Source of the DNA: Octopus vulgaris
Taxonomy: Eukaryota
Assembly (NCBI GenBank): GCA_951406725.2
Contig: OX597832.1
Coordinates: forward strand, 68,386,001 to 68,450,000
Length of the DNA: 64,000 nt
Direction: 5' to 3'
The notes below the pieces were generated by a model. The model was not told where the DNA came from and did not search any database. It saw only the letters and a program-made list of their open reading frames with translations. Both the position numbers and the translations under genes were made by a program. The stretch's first letter is position 1. Each line of letters opens with the position of its first letter. Shown here piece after piece: positions 37,346-52,090 of this stretch.

Positions 37346-38489
37346 GTCTGTTTTAAGATGGTGTAATTTGATAAAGTTTTGGCTGCAGTAGGAAGGGCAT
37401 TTTTAGTTTGAAACTAGATTCTTTACTATTCATTATTCAAGAGAGGAAGCAGTGTCCATGACCTTTAACAGAATGTCCAAGGATTGGTGTGAGGTTGGGA
37501 GTGAAGAAGGCAGCCTCAAAGTAAAGAATGGTCCAGATACTTGTGTTGGAATCAAGTTCACTAAAAACATGTAGCAATTCAGGTGGTGCTGTTGAAGCAG
37601 GTGAAAGATTAGTCTCACACCTAGAGTTCTGGTAGGATTAGAACTCATGACACAAAGAGCAGTGCTGTAGCTAAAGTGTGTGCCACCTGAGACAGCACTT
37701 GAGTTTTCCACTGACCCCACCACCACCACCAAGTTCCCATACCAATAAAGGTTTATATAGCAAAAAAGTGGACCCTGTAAAAGAAATGCACAATGTTCTG
37801 CAGTTTTAACATTTCTACCAGTGTCACTAGGATGATATCAGATTATCAGATCTTGACCAGAATATTGGATGTTGTTTTACACCACTATTCACAATACACA
37901 TCTTCAAGCTTGGTGAGCAGGCTCAGGTGCTCCTTGAGCAAAATGTCACACCACCAAAGGGTGAGTGGACTCAGGTATGATAAAACGAAGTATTTCCCTT
38001 GAGAATTGAAACAGCAACCTTGCAACCACGAGCGCAACACTTTAACAACTCCGCCACATGCTTTCACATTCTGTTAGTTTCCTCTTTCTCACAGATTATC
38101 AAGAATATATACATTATGGTTTCTATGAAGGAAACAATGAAGGTTAAGCATAAAAACCTTTGAAGAGTTAATTTGTAGAGGTCAAAGGCTTGTGCCCCAA
38201 TAATGTGGTGGTTCAAGAACCGCCTTGGATTTTTTTGCAACGTAATTTACAAAACAAAAAAAAAACATATTTGAATTATATAACTTGGTAAAGTATCTAG
38301 AAATTTATATTGTTTACATAAAGTATATTAGCTTCGATATAATATTACTTTTTATAATATAAATACAGACACTTACACATACACACATGCATACATGTGT
38401 GAGCATATGTACGCACATTCACACGCAAAAAATATATACATATATAAATGTTTGTATGTTAATCGAGCCTGTATGTGTGTATGTATATA

Positions 38490-38544
<55 letters not shown>

Positions 38545-40242
38545 GCATATATATATACATATATATATATATGAATGTATGTATGTACACGTGTATATAT
38601 GTATATGCACGCATCTATGTGTGCATATATATATATGTATGCATGTATGTATGTATATATATATATACATGAACAAAGCATAAACTTTTAATGTAGAAGA
38701 TAATTGCCATTGTGCAGATGAATATAATACGAAGTCTTTTCTCTTTAAAACAATGTAAATTTTTTTTGTTTCCTTCTGTTTTTATTGTTGTTTTAATTTC
38801 ATTGATTGATATTTGCTTTCACCATTTGCATAAATAAATAGCCCTATAGCTGTGCAGTCTTCGAAATTCATGTATTATTATTATTGTTGCTGTTGTTCTT
38901 CTGTTGTTGTTATTATTATTATTACTATTATTATTATTATTATTATTATTATTATCATTATTATTATTATTATTATTATCATTATTATTATTTTCTCTTT
39001 GTATTTGCTTTTAAAAGAAAAATATATAAAAAAATAAGACCAAAAAGAGAAACCTAACCACCGCCACCACCACCACCATCACTCAAATAACAACAACAAC
39101 AGCAACAGTTACAAGAAACACAGCAGGAAGATGGTTGCAAGTTTCTCTCTCAGAAATTATTCACTATTAACTAGAAGAGATAAGGAATTTTATGAGGTAA
39201 TAGAAGCTCTACGAAGAAAAGTTAAACATTAAAAATTACATGCTGCTAAATACAGTGTTTTTTTTTTTGTATGTGTGTGGTGGGGTACTTTGTATTTTTT
39301 TGTTTTGTTTATTGTATTATTGGAGTAGATATTGTTAAAAAAATGTGTAGCTTGCCTACATAACAACAACAACAACTCTAACAAAAGCAAATGATAAAGA
39401 ATGGCTTTGAATCATTACAGTCTATAAAATAATAGACAACAAATAACTGCAACAACTTAAAGGAAAAAAACATTGAAAACCAAACAAATAAACAAAAGCA
39501 AAACAAAAAAATGCAAAGTAAAATTTAAGACCACATTTTGTCATAAAGATAAAGTCTTTAAGAGTCTTTTCTGAACGTTTTACAACAATTTAAACCGGTT
39601 CTCTTAAAAAAAAAAAATTAAAAAATGACATTTAAAAAAAAAAATTTTTTGTGGGTTGGTGATGTCCAAAAGTTTATATGCATATTTTGAGCCAATATAA
39701 TTTTGGTTAACTGGAATATCATTGCAGGGAGGGGCACATTCATATATATACATATGTGTGTTGTTTTTTTATACCACCCTCTATTTTTTAACTCATTATC
39801 TTTTCTTTTTTTTTTCCTTTATTTCTTTTTACCTTTAACTTGCTTAAATCATTGAACTATGGCTGGTAGGTGTTAGGAAGGGCATCTAGCTGTAAAAACC
39901 CTGCCAAAACAGACACAGAAGTCTTCTGCCTGGCCATCTCCTGTCAAACTGTCCAATGCATGCCAGCCAGCATAGAAAGTGGACGATAAATGATGACGAC
40001 AACGACAATGATGATGATATATATGTATGGTAAGCATGATAAACTTCGATACAGTTTCCTTCAACCAACTCCACTCAGAAGGCACTGGTTGATCTGAACC
40101 TATAGTGAAAGACACTTTCGTCCTGTGCTGCACGGTGGGACTGAACCAGAAACCCTGTGGATGTAAAGAAAGCTTCTTAACCACACATCCACACCTGCAC
40201 TTATCTAACAAAAGAACAACAAACACTATTTTTCATATAATC

Positions 40243-40452
40243 TTTTCTACTCTAGGCACAAGGCCTGAAAATTTGGGGCAGGGGGAAGACAATTAGATCG
40301 ACCCCAGTGTGCAACTAGTACTTAATTTATCAAGCCTGAAAGGATGAACGGAAAAGTCAACCTCAGCAGAATTTGAACTCAGAACTTAAGGACAGACAAA
40401 ATATCACTAAGCATTTCACCCAACAGGCTAACGTTTCTGCTAGCTCATTGCC
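40243..40452 (-). mobile_element. SINE family B, full length
   Basis: Reverse complement of the aaggcaatgagctagcagaaacgttagc..gagttcaaattc..ggccttgtgcctagagtagaaaag module. Confidence 0.85.
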
Positions 40453-41489
40453 TTCTATTTCTCATATAATATCTCAACAATTTACAAAGACATCTAGTGC
40501 CAATATGGGTCAGAAGTTCAGGAATGCCGGCGTTCCATGAACTCAAGAGCCAGCAAAAGATGCTCAAAATGTTTGATGGCATTGTGGGCAGATCCAGTTT
40601 GATATCAGATTGACCTTCTACAGTCACTCTTTTGCAAAAGCCAAGAGATGACCCACTCCTAGATGTCTTCTAGTACACCATCCATTAACCAAAAGTTTCT
40701 GAATGGTCATGCTATAGCTAGATGGTCATTGAACCTACATTGAGTTTGTCCATTCTTTTGGCAAGTTTTGTTTTTGGTCCTACTGGGTTCCTAGCAACCC
40801 TGCCTCAAGTGGCTAGCCTGATGGGAATGCCAGTTTACCTATGCCTGAGAGAGAGAGAGAGATGTATCACACAAGCCTACAGGTGTGCAGACACACCCTG
40901 ATGTTACATGGTCCCTATCTAAGGCCCTGTGCATAAAGGTTAGTTCAGGAAGGCAAGAGACTTGCTAAGTAAACAGAGTTTAAACCAAAGCAAGGTAATA
41001 AAAATGATTGCATTACCTTTCAAAAGAAACGAGAACAGAAATCACAGATTTTCAGACTTTGGCAAAGAGGTTTATGGTCACCAATTCCTGTATCAAAAGC
41101 AGAGCAAGTGAAGCAAGAGAGTGGGGAGAGAGGGAAGGATCATAAGAAGAGAAGCCTGAAACTTCTGTCCTTCTGGATATTCTTTCATTCTTTAACAGGC
41201 TTCAGTCTTTGAATTGTGGTCAGGATGGAGCACTGCTGTTGTGAGTTTAGTCAGTCATACACGTAGAGGCACATTGTGGATATTTCAGATACTGATGATC
41301 TGGAGGAACCTCTTATTGTCAGCAATACTTTATGAGCAAAAATTCTTAAATTCCTGCAGTCACTAGACTAATTTATTGGTACCTTACATAATACATTATT
41401 AATAATGATTAATAATTAATTAATGTATTAGTAATTATTAATAAATTTTATTAGAGTAATCTACAGTTATTTGTATTTCATTTAATTAT

Positions 41490-41785
41490 TTTGTTTTTTT
41501 ATTTGTTTCAATTATTTGACAGCAGCCATGATGGAGCACCTCCTCGAGGGATTTTAGTCAAACAGATCGACCCCAGGACTTATTTTTTAAGCCTAGTACT
41601 TATTCTATTTGTCTCCTTTGACAAACTGCTAAGTTACGGGGACTTAAACACACCAACAGCAGTTGTCAAGTGGTGATGGAGGAGGGACAAACACAAAGAA
41701 CACATACACATAGGTATATATATATATATATATATATATATGCATATATACACATGTATATAGTACTTACTTACACCTATATATG

Positions 41786-41835
<50 letters not shown>

Positions 41836-41869
41836 TATATACACATGTATATGTACTTACTTACACCTA

Positions 41870-41902
<33 letters not shown>

Positions 41903-42284
41903 GCATATGTGGACATAGAATGTCATGAAACCTGTACAACAATAAGTATGAAGCACGAGTATGTGGAACATGAACTACTCTTTAAACAATGAAAGACAAA
42001 TGAAAAACAAAACAAACAACATAAAGAACGACACTTCATCAATTGTTGGCTGTTTTTCTAGTCTCATATTTTGAGCATTTAGCAACAATATATGCTTTCA
42101 ATAAAACAGTTGCTCCGGCAAACAAAATGAAATAAAATTTGGGATTTTGTGGTGGGTCAAAATTGGCAACACAAACAGGACAGTGAAAACAAACAGGAAG
42201 GGCTGCTAAGCTTAAACGAGGTGTGGTGGCAAATGCGTAAATCAAGTTAGGACAGGAAACAAACAAGAACACGTCTTCCTTGTT

Positions 42285-42331
<47 letters not shown>

Positions 42332-42474
42332 GGGATTCTTTCAGTTTCCATCTACCAAATCCACTCACAAGCCTGAGGCTAAAGCAGAAGACACTTGCCC
42401 AAGGTGCCATGCAGTGGGACTGAACCCAGAACCATGCAGTTGGAAAGCAAGCTTCTTAGCACACACCCATGCCT
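41490..42474 (-). mobile_element. SINE family A split by insertions in its internal microsatellite
   Basis: 3' half at 41490-41710 and 5' half at 42335-42474. Between them are (TA)n arrays, a duplicated unit of about 90 bp and a unique insert at about 41910-42287. Confidence 0.7.
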
Positions 42475-43266
42475 ATTTAATTAAATTTAATCTTTGTTTA
42501 ATTTAGAGAGTATTGACCAAAGTGACCATCCCTGGTTGAGAGAAATCCATCATCCAGGAAGGTTTGGAAACCAAAGGTTCCAGGAAATCAATGTTGTCCA
42601 TTTTCTAAGTCTGCTACTGGTTCTGTTGACACCTGTTGGCCAGGACACTAGCTTAGGGGACAGAGAGCAAAGGGATAAACACATACTCACGCACACACAC
42701 GATCACTCACAAGCACACACATATATATAGACACACACTCACGTACACTCACACACACACTCACATGTACTTAAACACACACATAATCACTCATATGCAC
42801 ATACATATATAGACATGCTCACATGCACTCACGCACACACACACACGCATGCACTTACACATACACATGCATATAGACACACTCACATGCACTCACACAC
42901 ATAAATACATACATATATAGAGAGACACTCACATACATGCTCTCCACACACACACACGGGACGATCTTGGCTTTTCAAATTTCTCTCACACTGCATTGAT
43001 GAACGTGAGTCTCCAGTGAAAGACAGGAAACAAAAGTAGCATAGGATGGGATTGAACTTAAGACCAGTCAAAAGCAGACTTTTGAAGAACATAGCCATGC
43101 TTGCATCTTTTAAACCATAATGGAAACTAAGGAAGACCATCTAGAGAGAGATAAGAACCACATTTCTAACATTACCTATGTGATTGTGTTATTGATTAGT
43201 CTACCAATCACCACCACCATCATCACCATCATTTTTATCATAGTCGCCATCACCACCACCACTGTT

Positions 43267-43337
<71 letters not shown>

Positions 43338-44424
43338 TACTGCCGGAAATATTGTGCTATGGATCCAAGTGCCAGATGGAATAGGAAACCGATTTTTTGA
43401 TAGGAAAATTGCCAGGTAATTGAGATGGCCAACTCAGAAGAAAGAGATGGTATCAGAAAAAAAGAAACAAAATAGGGGATGTGTAGGTGTTTGAAATGTC
43501 CAATCTTATTGTTGTTATTGTTAGGTTGACAAAATGTGTGAAGCAAGAGAAATGAAAACAGGAGGGAGTCTATGGAGGACAATCACTACTGACTTCAAAT
43601 TATCGATGGAACCATTCTTTGATATTGGTAACATAGCTGTTAGATGTACACTGTTGGTGATGATGATGATGGTGGTGGTGGTGGTTGTGACGATGCAATC
43701 ATGGCGGTGGTGATGATGATGATGGTGAGGAATGAGGGTGGTCACAGTGGTAGTGATGGATGAAATGGTTGTGAGGGTTGTTGTAGTGGAAGTGTTGAGG
43801 TCATGGTGATGATGCTAGTGGTGCTGGTGGTGCAAATGGTAATGCTAACGATGATGATGATGATGGCAACAGCTGTGATGGCAAATGAGAGTGACGGCTT
43901 TGGTGGTGGCAGTGGTGGCTTGCAAGGTTGTGGTGCTAACAATGATGATGACGGTGATGATAACACTGAGGGAGATGAGAAGATTTGGGAGTAGGCAGAG
44001 AAGCAGATTGGTGATTGTAATGGTGATGGTGGCGGTGGAGTATTGCTGATGGTAAAGGTTGGTTGGGGAGAGGTGACAAGAATGTTCGTCTTCAAATAAG
44101 ATCAGTCATTTCCTATCAATGGGGGAAATATCAATGGCTGGGTAATAATTGTGATCACAGAAGGATGGGAACAAGGGCTGGAGAGGGAGAGGATGCTTAA
44201 AGTGAATGATATCAATTATATATTTGTATGTTAGGGAGGGGATACGAGGATACACACACATCAACATAGATGAATGCATAATGTGTGTGGGTGTATATAT
44301 CTATATATATATGCACAATTATACATGCACGCACACACACAATTATATATATATATATATGCAGATCCACATTGACACACATATTCATAATATATATATA
44401 AAAATATAAATATAAATATATATA

Positions 44425-44985
44425 TATTGGTAAAAACGGTAAGATAACAAAAGAAAGAAAGAGACCTCAATATTATGTAAATAGAGGAAATTTATCCGTA
44501 AAATAATATGTGACAATTATTCGGTAGCCAAGATAAAACTCTAAGTTTCGGATGCCAAGGTGGAAATATTTATTTTATTTGTGTGATTTCATTGCAGTCT
44601 GGGGCACATGTGTATGTATGAACAGGCATGCTTACCTGTTTATTATGAACTTTTAACCTTATCTTAATTAGCAGTCATTCGAATTAGCGCTTTTGTATAA
44701 GTAGCGGACTATAACACACTAATTTCCCTTTGTGTAACGGTCTTTTTTATAGCGTTTTTCAGATGGCCAGATAACCAAAGAGATGGTGGTGTGAATTTCC
44801 ACCTCAGCATCCGAAACGCAGAGTTTTATCTTGGCTACCGAATAATTGTCACATATTATATTACAGGTATGCGTAACTCTGGGTGGTTCCTATGTAGAAA
44901 AAGACTAATAACTGTGCCAAGTTTTGTTGCTCTACTGCTATGGGAAGTGGGTCAGGGGCATTACTTATTGAACGCCCCTCGTATA
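44425..44985. mobile_element. (TA)n-flanked cassette with a 65-bp inverted repeat and a decayed hammerhead (PLE pLTR-like)
   Basis: Arms 44503-44567 and 44795-44859 match at 61 of 65 positions. UAA-CCAAAGA-GAUG..CAUC-C-GAAAC-GCAGA-GUU-UUA at 44772-44828. Confidence 0.65.
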
Positions 44986-45592
44986 CATGTATATATATAT
45001 TAATATTTGTAAATGATATGAGAAGTTTTCATCAGGATAACTCAAACTAATGGCTCTGCATTCTCAGTGCTCAGAGAGGTGTGCCACCATCTTTACCATT
45101 CATTATGGAGCTAAATTAGATTGAATTAAATTATATTAAATGCCCTTGTCATGCCTTGCTTAACTTTTTGCCTTTCCTCAGCACTTTATATATATATATG
45201 TATCCATACGCTTAGGTTAAAGTAGTTAGGAGAAATAATATGAGTTATATAATGGCTTTGTAGTGGTTTTGGCTGCTATTTTTAACGTGTAAGAGTTTTT
45301 TTAACCCTTTTAGTTATAATTGTGACTTGTTCTTAATTCTAAACAGTTTTCTTCTTTATATTTTATGATAACATGTTTGGCCATTGATATATTCATAAAT
45401 AATCTTTATTATTTATAATATATCCTTCATAATGCTATATATATGTGTGTGTGTGTGCATCTTCATATATATATACCTATATAAGTATCACTCTCTACTT
45501 ATATAGGTGTGTATGTATATATATATATATATTTTTATCAATAATAAGGATTATTATGAAGAAACATAGCATTAACTTTAATTCATATATAT

Positions 45593-45638
<46 letters not shown>

Positions 45639-45653
45639 TATATATATGTGCGA

Positions 45654-45950
45654 GGCACAGGTGTTGTTGTGTGGTAAGAACCTTGCTTCCCAACCACATG
45701 GTTCTGTGTTCCAGGTTCAATCCCACTATAGCCTTTAGCCAACCAAAGCCTTGAGAGAGCATTTGGCAGACAGAAGCTGAAAGAATCCTGCTGTATGTAT
45801 ATATGTGTGTGTCTTTATATATGAGTGCATGTGTGTGTATGTGTGTGTTCATTCCACCCTCCCACCACTTGACAACCAGTGTTGGTTTGTTTATGTCTCC
45901 TTAAATTAGCATTTCAGCAAAAGAGATTGGTTGAATAAGTACCAGGCTTG
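45654..45950 (+). mobile_element. SINE family A, degraded and truncated
   Basis: ggcacaggtgttgttgtgtggtaagaaccttgcttcccaaccacatggttc..cttgacaaccagtgttgg..aataagtaccaggctt. Confidence 0.8.
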
Positions 45951-46974
45951 CAAAAAAAAATAATAAATAAATAAATTAATTAATCCTTCACTTTGAAAAC
46001 AGAACATGTAATTGACGGAAAGTTTGGCATCAATTTTTAGCACATCAAGCTGTTTGGTAAAGGCTCCCATGTAGTTTTATATGGTGTAATAGATTGTTTT
46101 TAGAGTTGTTGTCGCTGTTGTTTTACAAACCCAGAGAACCTTTATCCAGCACAGATGTTGCCAAAGGCTTGTTTGCCATAATGGCATCATGTCTTAGCTA
46201 AAAGTCTTTCAAGAACTTAGGCTACCAAACATGAGATTCTTATTCAAGACATTAGAATATTATTTGAGAGAAATCCAACATTTTCTTTTAACATATTGTA
46301 TTCTTGCGTCTAATGTTACAGCTTGAAAGGTTGCTTTTGTATTGCATCGGATCAGCTCTCGTTAAGAAAGTGCTGATCAATTATTTACATATTTGTTGGA
46401 ATTTTGGGTTCTTATTAGGTTTATGTTTAAATATTCAAAATTCTGAGAGGATTAATTCTATTTTAGACAATTCTACAGACAGATATCTTTGTTAACTGCT
46501 ATGAGGAATTCTACGGTAATGACAATGCTATCAGTAAAGAAGGTACTTCCATACAGCTTCATCATAAGTTGAATCTCTCTCCCACTTTCTCACCATTTCT
46601 CTTCTTTCTTTCTGTCTATCTCTCTCTTTCTTCCTTCTATCCTCTCCCCACTCTCTCTTGCTCAAAATCACATTGTTCCTCACAAGAGTTTATGGTGGGG
46701 TTTTCTCTGAAGTTATTTTTTCTTTTTAGATGAGTTTCTAACATAAATGGTAAATCTGAGAAGAAGAAAACAAATTAGTATGGTAACAATGTTTAAGTTT
46801 TTATAAAGATTAATGTTTTGCACAACAAGAAACTAATGGTTACAACATCATATGTAGTTGGCAAAACAACCATTCTAGTTTCAGTCCTTAGCTGGATTCA
46901 ATGATATCACCTGCATTCCTATGAAGCCAACTAAAATAAGTATCAACTACACAAACAATTATTCTTTTCTGCTG

Positions 46975-47187
46975 TTCTACTCAAGGCACAAGACCCGAAA
47001 TTTTGGGAGGAGGGGCCAGTTGATTACATCAACTCCAACACACAACTGGTACTTAATTTATCAACCCTGAAAGGATGAAAGGCAAAGTCAACATCAACAG
47101 AATTTGAACTCAGAACATAAAGACAGACGAAATACTGCAAAATATTTCAACTGGTGTGCTAACATTTCTGCCAGCTCGACGCCTTTA
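46975..47187 (-). mobile_element. SINE family B
   Basis: Reverse-complement match to the adjacent copy 47211-47431. Confidence 0.88.
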
Positions 47188-47210
47188 TATGCACAATTAT
47201 TGATGCTGTT

Positions 47211-47431
47211 AAGGCAGAGAGCTGGCAGAAAAGTTAGCACACCAGGGGAAATGCTTAATGGTATTTCGTCTGCCTTTACATTCTGAGTTCAAATTCTGCC
47301 AAGTTTGACTTTGCCTTTCATTCTTTTGGGGTTGATAAATTAAGTACCAGTTGCATATTGGGGTTGATCTAATCGACTGGACTACTCCCCCAAAATTTCA
47401 GGCCTTGTGCCTAGAGCAAAAAGTAGATAAG
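47211..47431 (+). mobile_element. SINE family B with 16-bp target-site duplication
   Basis: aattattgatgctgtt at 47195-47210 and at 47432-47447 flanks the element. Confidence 0.92.
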
Positions 47432-47569
47432 AATTATTGATGCTGTTCTAGGAGACATTAAACTATTTGTAGACAAAAGTTTATTTCTAATGCTTAAGAA
47501 CAAATGACAAAACAATGGCACTGGAGGACAAGAGGTGAGTTATTAAAGTAATAAATCTTGTTGGTGTTG

Positions 47570-47850
47570 AAGGCATTTTACCCAGAGTCTAGGCTATTAC
47601 AAAATTGTGGTTTCACTTCCTAGGCTGAGTGGTACACTGTGTTCTGGGTTAGAACTCTTTCTTCTAAGCTGTTCTGCAACCATGTTGACATCTGACTAGT
47701 GGCACACGGTGCACCAAAACACATAATGTTGAAATGATGGAAGGACTGAGTTTATGTATGGCACAGACTATAAGCAAATCTTATGCACAGGTTTTTCAGC
47801 AAGAAACCGTGGATCCCTCGTCTGTTGTTTATAACAAGAGTCACCTCGGT
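47570..47850 (+). repeat. Interspersed repeat (probable old SINE) shared with 10980-11145
   Basis: Both copies have ctgac...gtggcacac..tgatggaagga.tgag..tatgt..ggcaca.ac..aagcaaatc.t.tg..caggt. Confidence 0.55.
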
Positions 47851-48273
47851 GCCTAAAAGGAGTAAAAAATGGTACTATGAAGATTCCAAGGTCCAATCTT
47901 ACCTGAGCTCAAGAATATCACCTGAATAGAACAGATCAAGGTAGGATGATGTGTGATTAACTTGTCCAAGAAGAAAAAATTGGCTTTGTGCCCAAGTCAG
48001 AAATAAAAATATCTCCTTCAACTTATTTTCTCTACCTCCTCCTCTTCTCTCAAGTTAAGAAAAGCCAAACAGTCCCAGCTACCATCAGCAGCTCCTCCTC
48101 CCCCTCCATCACTTTCCAAATAAACATTCTTACGTCATAAATAAAGTACTCTTCCATACTGCAATCAGTCAGAAGCAGAAATCAGTAAACTTTTTGCCAT
48201 GCAAATTTTCCTCTTTACCATTATAACAATTTGAACCAACCACAAATTAAACACTTTCTCATTCTTCTATTTA

Positions 48274-48339
<66 letters not shown>

Positions 48340-49127
48340 TACCTGTGTGTGTGACTATACATACACAGACACACGATAAACATATATGTATACATACACA
48401 CACACACACACATATATATACACATATACACATACATATATATATACACACACATATATACACACACATATATTTCTATACATATGTGTATATATATATA
48501 TATATATATCCATACATATGCATACACACACACATATATGTATACATACATATACATATATATATCTATACATATACATATACACACATATATGTATACA
48601 TATATATATATATACACACACACACGCAGACGTACATGTATATATGTATATTTCTTCCCCACCTCTTTCTACCTTTCTTCTTTCATTTTCCTTTCACTGC
48701 ACCCCCACCCCCCAGTAAAGAGACATATTGGATATACTATTATAACTGCCATGAATACTTATTAACTCCGTCTACCAACGTAGATAAATTCACTGAGTGG
48801 AGCCAGCAGTCCCCTAATGCGATAATGACGATAGACCTGTTTGTCAATAAAGTTTTTCATAAGAGTTGACAAGAAATTGCTTCGAATGAAGTGCCTCTAT
48901 GTATTCTAGTGTTTCGCCTATTGTCAGTCTCGTTCATTTCGCAAATACAATTTAATATATTGATCTGAAGCGATATGTATCACACAAACACATACACACA
49001 TACAAGCATATACAACTACAGACACACAGACTCACACATTTAAAAACACTTGAAAATATGTGTGTATGTATATGTATATGCATACATATATAACCATGTA
49101 CATTTTTTAGTCATCTTCCTCACTGTA

Positions 49128-50310
<1,183 letters not shown>

Positions 50311-51079
50311 GATTCAAGAATTACACTTTTCTTTAAAGAGAAAAAATATTGAATAAATCGAATTACAATAAATTTAATCAAATCTAATATTGAGCAGAAG
50401 AATTACATCCATGTGTCTTGTGTTTGTGCCTGTGAATTAAAAATGAAAACTATTTTGAATCCGATTTGCATATATATATATATATATATATATATACATG
50501 CATGCACACACACACACACACGCATACATGCACACGCATATAAATGCATATGTCTCTATGTGCACCAAGACACACACACATGCACATAAATAACAGAACA
50601 AGGAGTGGGATCCCACATATGTGTGTATGTAGTGTGCATGTGCACGAATGATATAATTTTATTTTAAGAATTGTATTATATTCTAATGTGAAATCCAACT
50701 TGAGGAAAAAAAGGAATTAAATTATTAAATTTATACATATATATATATATAAGTATATTTATGTATGTGCATGTGTGTGTGTGTATGTGAGTATGTGTGC
50801 ATGTAAGTGTGTGTGTGTGTGTATTCACGGTGAAAATAAAATATGCTATGTACAACATCTCCACACCAATTTTAGAAATTAACTTTGCAATTTGTAAGAC
50901 TTTTTTTATGGAAAATATTTCTTGCTAACTCTTTTACTTCAATGATTTTTAATAATTCTTAAAGAGAATTTAGTAAATTTTAACAGCTTCTCCTGCCTTA
51001 AGAAAAAAAAAGAAAAAACAGCAGCATCAGATATGTAATTGTTTCTTTAATGATGATGATGATGATGATCATGATCATG

Positions 51080-51129
<50 letters not shown>

Positions 51130-51646
51130 GACACTGTTCTCTCTGTACTACTGTTGCTACCCCACCACTGCCATTCTCAATAAATCTGCCATTTTCCATG
51201 CATAGCAATTGATCCAGCATGGCCACAGTTTGTGGAGGTCTTCTGCAAGCTGTGTCATTTATTTTATTTTCTCTTTTCGTTACTGCTTTTGCTGTTTTGC
51301 TTTCTATATTCTCTCATTCTCCTCATAACCATTTGGTCTGGGGACACCATCATTTTTTTTCTTGGACTTATCTCGTGTTGCCTTTCATCTTTGCTTATTT
51401 ACAACCCAACTGAATCTTACTGGTGACATCACCTAATCAAATGAAACTGTCAACAAGATGTCAAAACTCTGATGATGTTTGATTAATAACTGAGGAGAGG
51501 TAAGTGTGTCCACATTCTTTGCTTCCTTCCTGTTTCCCTTCATTGTTCTGCTGTGTCATGATTGCATGAATGTGTGCATGAGTGTGTGCATGAGTGCATG
51601 TGTTTATTTGCATATATTTTGTGTATAGGTATGAAAACTCACTCAC

Positions 51647-51692
<46 letters not shown>

Positions 51693-51709
51693 CACACACA
51701 CACACACAT

Positions 51710-52090
51710 ATGGTGAGAGAAATGTGTGGGGTGAAGCTGTTGGATAAGAGGAGGACTGAGGATTTGATAGGAATGGTGGGGCTGGAGGAATCGGTTGAAT
51801 GGTTGTTATGGGTGAATGGAGTGAGGTGGTATGGGTATGTGTTGAGGAGGGATGAAGAGCATGTTCTGAGGAGGGTGATTGTGTTTGAGGTAAATGGAGC
51901 ATGAAAGTGAGGTAGAACGAGGAAAAGGTCGAGGGGGAGGAGATTGGCAGGGTTGGTTTTATAAAGAAGGATGGCCAAAACCAGGCAAGATGGTGTGAGG
52001 GCAGTTGCTGTGGCATTGAGGTAGATCCAGCCACCCTCGTTAAAGGGGTCAAAACCTGGATTTAAAATCATGGATGATGATGATGATGGT
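51710..52090 (+). mobile_element. 5'-truncated RTE-clade LINE 3' end with (GAT)n tail
   Basis: MVREMCGVKLLDKRRTEDL..GVRWYGYVLRRDEEHVLRRVIVFEVNGA*K*GRTRK (RTE C-terminal RW.GHV.R..GRP pattern); the 5' end abuts (CA)n. Confidence 0.85.

Noticed and set aside
40480-40860. Possible RTE-like 3' end with (GA)n tail
   Set aside because: Translation too degraded to support a call.
43331-44095. His/Thr/Pro-rich ORFs suggesting a coding exon
   Set aside because: Degenerate (GAT)/(GGT) trinucleotide sequence with stops in every frame and no domain.
45020-45035. Minus-strand CTGATGA
   Set aside because: No stem II or GAAA partner downstream.
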